From Clostridia bacterium (GTDB lineage: Bacteria; Bacillota; Clostridia; Oscillospirales; CAG-382), in NCBI GenBank assembly GCA_017630915.1, contig JAGBUH010000053.1, positions 1-46,466 on the forward strand: DNA of 46,466 nt, given 5' to 3'. Positions 40,585 through 46,466 of the stretch are shown here, piece by piece. The notes below the pieces were generated by a model that saw only the letters and a program-made list of their open reading frames with translations, was not told the origin of the DNA and searched no databases. The translations under genes were made by a program, and so were the position numbers. The stretch's first letter is position 1. The number at the start of each line of letters is the position of its first letter.

Positions 40585-41889
40585 GTGGAAATAAAAGATA
40601 TATTTGCCGTATGTAATATAATTCTTACGGCGGCTTTTGTAATTTGTTATCTTTATCAATTCTTATATATCTTCTGGGTTTTTCTCGGTAAGGATAAGTC
40701 CAAACCCGTGAAAAGCGATAAAATGAATAAGTTCGGCGTTGTAATAAGCGCACGTAACGAAGAAAACGTTATCGGGCACTTGCTTGAAAGTATAAACCGT
40801 CAAGATTATCCGAAGGAACTTATAAAAATATTCCTTATTGCCGATAACTGTACCGATAATACCGCCCAAGTGGGCAGAGAATACGGTGCTACGGTTTTGG
40901 AACGTAATAATAAAGAACTTGTCGGTAAGGGTTACGCGCTTGATTTTCTGTTTAAGAAACTTCTTGCCGAAAAAGACGATTGCGATGCTTACATAGTTTT
41001 CGATGCCGATAATCTTGTTGATAAGAATTTCGTTAAAGAAATGAATGTTAACTTCAATCGCGGTTATAAAGCTCTTACAAGTTACCGTAACTCTAAAAAC
41101 TACGGTACAAACTGGATAACCGCAGGTTATTCTCTTTGGTTCTTGCGCGAAGCGAAGTATCTTAACCAAGCGAGAATGAAGTTCGGTACGTCTTGCGCTA
41201 TTTCGGGTACCGGTTTCTGTATCAGCCGTGAAATCGTTGAAAAGAATAACGGTTGGAAGTATCATCTTCTCACCGAAGATATTGAATTTTCGGTGGATAT
41301 GGCAATCCGCGGAGAAGAAATTGGATACAGCGGCGGTTCGGTTGTTTATGATGAACAACCCGAAACCTTTAAACAATCTTGGAATCAACGTTTGCGCTGG
41401 TCGAAGGGTTTTTATCAAGTGTTCGGTAAATATGGCAAAAGTCTGTTCAAGAACATATTTAAAGGCTCTTTCGCCTGCTATGATATGCTCATGACGATTT
41501 TCCCTGCACTTGCGTTTACTATACTTTCTGTTCTTTGCTGTATCGGTGAATTTATCTACGGTATCACGGTATTTGCCAAGTATCCGATTTTTGAAGTATT
41601 CTTCCAATTCTGTATGGTTCCGCTTTTGTATTTCTGCTCTATCATCTACATGCTTATATTCGTGGTTGGTTTTATCACGTTGATGACCGAATGGGACGTT
41701 ATCGACTGTCCTCCCAAAAAGATGATAAAGTATCTTTTCACTTTCCCGATATTCATGCTTTCCTATTGCCCCATCGCAATAGCGGCTCTTTTCAAGAAGG
41801 TTGAATGGACTCCGATTACTCATAACGTAACCAAGTCTATCGATGATGTGATACAAGGTGAAGATGCCGAAAATAATGAAACAAATTAA
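40585..41889 (+). CDS. Membrane-embedded family-2 glycosyltransferase (processive, synthase-like)
   Basis: GTG start 7 nt after GGAGG. An N-terminal TM segment is followed by a GT-A core with DAD/DxD (FDADN) and the QRLRWSKG (QxxRW) motif. Several C-terminal TM segments follow. Confidence 0.88.
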   Translation: MEIKDIFAVCNIILTAAFVICYLYQFLYIFWVFLGKDKSKPVKSDKMNKFGVVISARNEENVIGHLLESINRQDYPKELIKIFLIADNCTDNTAQVGREYGATVLERNNKELVGKGYALDFLFKKLLAEKDDCDAYIVFDADNLVDKNFVKEMNVNFNRGYKALTSYRNSKNYGTNWITAGYSLWFLREAKYLNQARMKFGTSCAISGTGFCISREIVEKNNGWKYHLLTEDIEFSVDMAIRGEEIGYSGGSVVYDEQPETFKQSWNQRLRWSKGFYQVFGKYGKSLFKNIFKGSFACYDMLMTIFPALAFTILSVLCCIGEFIYGITVFAKYPIFEVFFQFCMVPLLYFCSIIYMLIFVVGFITLMTEWDVIDCPPKKMIKYLFTFPIFMLSYCPIAIAALFKKVEWTPITHNVTKSIDDVIQGEDAENNETN

Positions 41890-41903
41890 ATGATTTAAAA
41901 CAC

Positions 41904-41939
41904 AAAAAACCGTTGTTTAATTTAAAACGACGGTTTTTT
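41904..41939 (+). terminator. Rho-independent terminator after the GT2 gene
   Basis: AAACCGTTGTTT pairs with AAACGACGGTTT (one G-U pair), followed by TTTT. Confidence 0.75.
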
Positions 41940-41951
41940 ATTACACCTTCA

Positions 41952-41982
41952 AGAACATTTGTTCTTGACAAACGTTTGTTCG
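41952..41982 (+). promoter_or_regulatory. Two LexA (Cheo/SOS) boxes overlapping the dinB promoter
   Basis: AGAACATTTGTTCT (41952-41965) is a perfect GAAC-N4-GTTC. CAAACGTTTGTTCG (41969-41982) has one mismatch. They flank and overlap the -35 and the spacer. Confidence 0.65.
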
Positions 41983-41993
41983 GGTGGTATCAT
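41965..41993 (+). promoter_or_regulatory. Sigma-A promoter for dinB
   Basis: TTGACA (41965-41970), 17-nt spacer, TATCAT (41988-41993), with TGG upstream (extended -10). Confidence 0.6.
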
Positions 41994-42025
41994 ACTAAGG
42001 ATACGAAAAAGGGAAGTGATACCGA

Positions 42026-43312
42026 ATGTATATGGGACCGTCGGACGGCGGACAGTTGATGAAAAACTCGAATTTCAAAAGTTCGACAAACAACGAATAT
42101 ATTGAAAATCAAGGGTTTCGGACAATTTTGCATTGTGATGCAAATTCGTTTTTTGCCTCTTGCGAAACGACTCTGCATCCCGAATATGCAAGCGTTCCTA
42201 TGGCGGTTTGCGGAAGCGCGGAGGACCGTCACGGAATCGTACTCGCGAAAAACGAACTTGCGAAAAAATATAATATCCGCACCGCCGAAACTGTTTGGGA
42301 AGCAAAGAAAAAATGCCCGGATTTATTGGTGGTAAGCCCAACTTACGGACTTTATGGCGAGATGTCTAAAAAAATGAATAGGATTTTTTACGATTACACC
42401 GACCTTGTTGAGCCGTTTGGTATTGATGAAAGTTGGCTCGACGTTACGGGTTCTTCAAAACTGTTTGGAAATGGGCATAATATTGCCGATTCGATACGAA
42501 AAAGAATAGAAAATGAACTCGGGATAACCATTTCTGTTGGAGTGTCGTTTAACAAGGTATTTGCCAAGTTGGGAAGCGATTTAAAAAAGCCTAATGCCAC
42601 CTCGGTGATACCGCCAGAACGGTTTGCATCAATCGTCTGGCCCTTGCCTGTTACCGAGTTGCTTTTTGTCGGTAATTCCACCGCAAAAGCGCTTGGCAGA
42701 ATAGGTATTAGAACGATAGGCGACCTTGCTTGTTGCGACCGAAACGCGATAAAAAACGCGCTCGGCAAAAACGGAATAATGCTTCGTGAATTTGCGCTCG
42801 GGCACGATTATGCCGAGGTCACGCCTTTTGGCTACGAACCCGAACCGAAATCGGTTTCGAACGGAATGACATTCCGATATAACCTCGTCACTCCCGAAGA
42901 TGTTTCTTTTGCAATAACCTATCTTTCGATGTCTGTTGCCGAGCGATTGAGAAAACACGGACTTTGTTGCAAAAACGTCGCGGTTGCAATCCGTTCTCCC
43001 GACCAAAGTACGATAAACCGTTCGGCTATGCTTTCCCACCCGACCTGCCTTTGGAAAGAAATTTCCGATACGGCACTTTCGCTTGTGAGGGCAAATCATC
43101 AACCCGATAAAGAAATATATTCGGTTTCTGTACACGCCGAAAAATTGACGAGGGAAAACGAAATTTTGTATCAACAGAACTTTTTTTCTGAGGAATGGGA
43201 AGAAAAATACCGTAAACTCCATTCGCTCGAATCTGCCGTTGATTCGATACGTGATAAGTTTGGCAAAAATGCCATTGGTATAGCCTCGTCAATTAACAAC
43301 AGATTGATATAA
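42026..43312 (+). CDS. dinB: Y-family DNA polymerase (DNA polymerase IV-like)
   Basis: ILHCDANSFFASCE (the catalytic D-x-D/N-x-FFAS motif), SIDESWLDVT and ISVGVSFNKVFAKLGSDLKKP. The start is uncertain between ATG 42026 and 42059. Confidence 0.88.
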   Translation: MYMGPSDGGQLMKNSNFKSSTNNEYIENQGFRTILHCDANSFFASCETTLHPEYASVPMAVCGSAEDRHGIVLAKNELAKKYNIRTAETVWEAKKKCPDLLVVSPTYGLYGEMSKKMNRIFYDYTDLVEPFGIDESWLDVTGSSKLFGNGHNIADSIRKRIENELGITISVGVSFNKVFAKLGSDLKKPNATSVIPPERFASIVWPLPVTELLFVGNSTAKALGRIGIRTIGDLACCDRNAIKNALGKNGIMLREFALGHDYAEVTPFGYEPEPKSVSNGMTFRYNLVTPEDVSFAITYLSMSVAERLRKHGLCCKNVAVAIRSPDQSTINRSAMLSHPTCLWKEISDTALSLVRANHQPDKEIYSVSVHAEKLTRENEILYQQNFFSEEWEEKYRKLHSLESAVDSIRDKFGKNAIGIASSINNRLI

Positions 43313-43411
43313 ATATGTAAAAAATTCGCCGATACCTCTTTTATTTTTTTATATTGTGTGGTATAATATATCACTTAATGATTTACTGCTTTCAAAGGAG
43401 GCGTTTTGCAG

Positions 43412-43428
43412 ATGAATAAGTTCAAACT
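43412..43428 (+). repeat. Upstream copy of the 17-nt uvrB start sequence (ATGAATAAGTTCAAACT)
   Basis: It is identical to 45265-45281. It lies behind AAAGGAGG and an extended -10 element (TGGTATAAT, 43359-43367). Here it opens only a 12-codon ORF (MNKFKLGGWGVL*, 43412-43450). Confidence 0.9.
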
Positions 43429-43578
43429 CGGCGGTTGGGGTGTGCTTTGAAATCTGCGAATTCTTTTATGAAAACACGGCCGAGTTCTTTGTTTCCTAAT
43501 GTGGCAAAAGGTTTGAAAACCCAATATTCACGAACACTGATAAACTTGATTATGTGTTTTAAAAAGGGGATATACATA

Positions 43579-45219
43579 ATGAGAAAGTTAATTTGCCTGC
43601 TGGTTATGTTGTTGCTTCTTTTGTTTAGTCTTACTGGATGTTTCGAAAACAAACAAGATGAAGTTCTTAATTCTGATTGGTTTGACGATATTGTTCTCGA
43701 TAAAGACCTTGTTAAAATTTCAACATTAAACAGCCTTATCAAAATCGACTCTATTTCTGCCGGTCTTGATACCTACACCTTTGATACGATTCTTTTTGAT
43801 TTGGAAAACGGTGACGAATTGTGTCAGGTTTCATTTTCGGAAGGCGCATGGTTAAGCAGTTTGACCGAGAATGGTTTCTATGTTATTGATACGTTGAAAA
43901 AAGAACTCGAAATATACGATAAGGTGGGTAAGATAGCAAAGCAATATGATTTTTCGAGCGTTGTCGAACCGATGGATTTTTGCGCATTAAGTGAGAACGA
44001 GCGTTTTTTCGTTTGTTCAAACGCTTCCGGTACAATGTTGACGGTTATCGACCTGTCGGAAAATGCTCAAAACCATGTAGAACTTCAATCTCCATTATTG
44101 GAAACGCTTTCTTTTGAAGAAGATATATTGCGCGCGGTGAGTATTGATGGCCAAGTCTTTGAAATCGACGTAAAGGATTCCAGTTGCACATTTGTTTTGC
44201 AAGATAGCAGAATAAAGTTGTTTTCGTCACGATATTGTCTGGGAGAAACCGAAACGAATTTCTTGATTGCGAACGAAGATGCATGCGTTTATATTCCGAT
44301 TTCTTCTGTTGATGAAATTGTTGTAGGAATGGGTGAAAACCGTTTTGCGACAACATCGCTGTCGGATAATAAACATACGCTTAGATTTTATGATGTCGAC
44401 CAAAAAAGCGTGTCATATTTTTACACGGATGAACCTGTCGAAAGCGTATGGTACACCGACGATGAAAAAATGTTGGCTGTGATTGGCTCTTCAATGGAGA
44501 AACAACATAAAATTATTGTGTGTTCTCCCGAACAAACCGAAGAAATCACGGTGTTATATCAAGATACGCCCATTAACACGAATACGGACATACCGTCGTC
44601 AGAAGAAATGGTATCCACGCCGAAAAAACTAATTGAATCTGTTCCGGTTATAGCGCAATTGCCGATGTATCCCACCGGATGCGAGTCGGTAACCGCTGTT
44701 ATGGCTTTGCAGTACAGCGGGCACGATATAACCGTAGATGAATTTATAGACAACTTGCCTACGAACCGTGAGTTTTATATTGACGGCGGCAAGAACTACG
44801 GTCCATCGCCCTATGAATATTTTATAGGCAGTCCCAAATCTCCTGCTTCTTACGGTTGTATGTCGCCGGTTATTCAAAAAGCACTCACACAATACCTTGG
44901 TGATTCAAATAAGATTAAAAACCTAACAAATACAGAGTTATCTGATATCTGCGAACAATATATCAATAATGATATTCCTGTAATTATGTGGGCAACCATA
45001 GATATGCGGGAAATCAACCACATAAACTCTTGGTATTTAACCGATGGAACGCATTTTATCTGGCCGGGAAACGAACATTGTATGTTGCTGATTGGCTATG
45101 ATGATGAAAATTATTATTTCAACGATCCTTATGAAGGACAAGTAGTTGCCTATGAAAAAGCATTAACCGAAGCCCGTTTCGCCGATTTGGGCAAACAAGC
45201 TTTGGCTATATTGCCGTAA
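43579..45219 (+). CDS. Lipoprotein with a C-terminal C39-like (papain-fold) cysteine peptidase domain
   Basis: The start is set at ATG 43579 (AAAGGGGA RBS), giving MRKLICLLVMLLLLLFSLTGC (lipobox LTGC). The C-terminal segment ...VIAQLPMYPTGCESVTAVMALQYSG...HCMLLIGYDDENYYFNDPYEG resembles Peptidase_C39_2 (Cys...His). Confidence 0.85.
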   Translation: MRKLICLLVMLLLLLFSLTGCFENKQDEVLNSDWFDDIVLDKDLVKISTLNSLIKIDSISAGLDTYTFDTILFDLENGDELCQVSFSEGAWLSSLTENGFYVIDTLKKELEIYDKVGKIAKQYDFSSVVEPMDFCALSENERFFVCSNASGTMLTVIDLSENAQNHVELQSPLLETLSFEEDILRAVSIDGQVFEIDVKDSSCTFVLQDSRIKLFSSRYCLGETETNFLIANEDACVYIPISSVDEIVVGMGENRFATTSLSDNKHTLRFYDVDQKSVSYFYTDEPVESVWYTDDEKMLAVIGSSMEKQHKIIVCSPEQTEEITVLYQDTPINTNTDIPSSEEMVSTPKKLIESVPVIAQLPMYPTGCESVTAVMALQYSGHDITVDEFIDNLPTNREFYIDGGKNYGPSPYEYFIGSPKSPASYGCMSPVIQKALTQYLGDSNKIKNLTNTELSDICEQYINNDIPVIMWATIDMREINHINSWYLTDGTHFIWPGNEHCMLLIGYDDENYYFNDPYEGQVVAYEKALTEARFADLGKQALAILP

Positions 45220-45264
45220 GACATTTGATGATTGACAGACAAAGCGGAAAGGAGTAGGAACGTT

Positions 45265-46466
45265 ATGAATAAGTTCAAACTTGTGTCGGATTTTGCGCCT
45301 ACGGGCGACCAACCCGAAGCGATTGACGCGCTTGTTTCGGGTATCCAAAGCGGCGACCGCGACCAAACACTTATCGGTGTTACGGGTTCCGGAAAAACTT
45401 TTACGATGGCAAACGTTATCGCACGTGCAAACCGCCCTGCGATAATTTTAGAACCGAACAAAACCTTGGCAGCGCAGGTCTGCTCGGAAATGCGCGAATT
45501 CTTTCCCGAAAACGCGGTTGAGTTCTTTGTATCCTATTACGACTATTATCAACCCGAAGCTTATGTACCGGGTAAAGACGTTTATATCGAAAAAGATGCC
45601 GCTGTTAATAATGAAATAGATAAATTACGCCATTCGGCAACGAGTGCGCTTTTTGAACGCCGTGATGTTATTATCGTTGCATCGGTAAGCTGTATATATT
45701 CGCTCGGTGACCCCGAAGAATATGCCCAACAGGTGCTTTCTATCCGAAAAGGCGCAATCTTTTCGCGCGATGACGTTATCAAACGGCTTGTTGCTTTGCA
45801 ATACGGAAGAAGCGACATTGGTTTTGAACGTAACAATTTTCGCGTTCGCGGCGACGTTTTGGATATCTTTCCGTCGAATACCGATACCGACGCCGTCAGA
45901 GTTGAGTTTTTTGGCGACGAGGTAGATAAGATTTGCAAGATAAACGTTGTGACGGGTGAAGCAGTTGCCGATATGTCGCACGTTGCGATATACCCTGCAT
46001 CGCACTACGTTACTTCCTCCGAAACGCGCAAAAAAGCGCTCGATGAAATTGTTGCCGAACTTGACGAACGTATCGAATATTTTGAAAAACAAAACAAATT
46101 TATCGAGGCGCAACGTATTCGTGAACGCACAATGTTTGACGTCGAACAAATCCGAGAGATAGGTTTTTGTTCGGGTGTCGAAAACTATTCGCGCGTTCTT
46201 TCGGGACGTGAACCGGGAAGCGCACCCTATACGCTTTTGGACTATTTCCCGTCGGACTACCTTGTTTTCGTTGACGAAAGCCACGTTATGCTTCCGCAAA
46301 TTCGCGGTATGGCGGCAGGTGATAAGGCGAGAAAAACCAACCTGATTGAATATGGTTTTCGTTTGCCGTCTGCTTACGATAACCGCCCGCTTGTGTTTGA
46401 TGAATTTAACGAAAAACGCGGACAAACTATTTATGTCAGCGCAACTCCGAAAGAATATGAACGCAA
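45265..46466 (+). CDS. uvrB: Excinuclease ABC subunit B (5' part; runs off the window)
   Basis: It is absent from the track because it has no stop in the window. Read directly: [71 protein letters not shown]...[10 protein letters not shown]... This is canonical UvrB. The minus ORFs 45582..46425 are antisense shadows. Confidence 0.96.
   Translation, partial: MNKFKLVSDFAPTGDQPEAIDALVSGIQSGDRDQTLIGVTGSGKTFTMANVIARANRPAIILEPNKTLAAQVCSEMREFFPENAVEFFVSYYDYYQPEAYVPGKDVYIEKDAAVNNEIDKLRHSATSALFERRDVIIVASVSCIYSLGDPEEYAQQVLSIRKGAIFSRDDVIKRLVALQYGRSDIGFERNNFRVRGDVLDIFPSNTDTDAVRVEFFGDEVDKICKINVVTGEAVADMSHVAIYPASHYVTSSETRKKALDEIVAELDERIEYFEKQNKFIEAQRIRERTMFDVEQIREIGFCSGVENYSRVLSGREPGSAPYTLLDYFPSDYLVFVDESHVMLPQIRGMAAGDKARKTNLIEYGFRLPSAYDNRPLVFDEFNEKRGQTIYVSATPKEYER

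Noticed and set aside
43435-43578. N-terminal extension of the lipoprotein ORF (the track's 594-aa version, GTG start)
   Set aside because: It would bury a perfect lipoprotein signal peptide (MRKLICLLVMLLLLLFSLTGC) 48 residues inside the protein. ATG 43579 has its own RBS.

Overview
This 46.5-kb window looks like core chromosome from a low-GC Gram-positive anaerobe. It is probably a Clostridia member, and the dockerin modules suggest a Ruminococcaceae/Oscillospiraceae-like fibrolytic organism (inference only). Most of it is recognisable housekeeping. On the minus strand: secA, efp with a Xaa-Pro aminopeptidase, and a muramoyl-alanine amidase. On the plus strand: mnmE-mnmG-rsmG, a NUDIX hydrolase, a RelP/RelQ-type small alarmone synthetase, a 5'-nucleotidase, a sensor kinase with htrA, infC-rpmI-rplT behind an L20-type leader, rpsU, dapA-dapB, a citrate synthase-aconitase-isocitrate dehydrogenase operon, a membrane GT2, an SOS-boxed dinB, and a partial uvrB. 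Three genes are absent from the supplied ORF track and were recovered by reading the sequence: a 3'-partial secreted protein (1..901, minus), rpsU (58 aa) and uvrB (no stop in the window). I did not find a clear multi-gene novel system. The observations most worth follow-up are listed here. (1) A Leu-type (CUC) T-box-like leader lacks a recognisable T-box 14-mer and sits in front of an 844-aa TIM-barrel/adenylate-forming fusion gene. (2) A GIY-YIG cassette bounded by perfect 17-bp inverted repeats is inserted exactly in the aconitase-icd spacer. (3) A perfect 17-nt duplication of the uvrB start brackets a 1.85-kb insert that carries a C39-like lipoprotein gene. (4) A Cys/Asp-repeat zinc-ribbon protein lies next to efp. 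(5) A duplicated ~101-bp hairpin element sits in a convergent intergenic region. (6) An amidohydrolase gene is frameshifted in an A7 tract. All family names come from motif recognition by eye; no searches were run.
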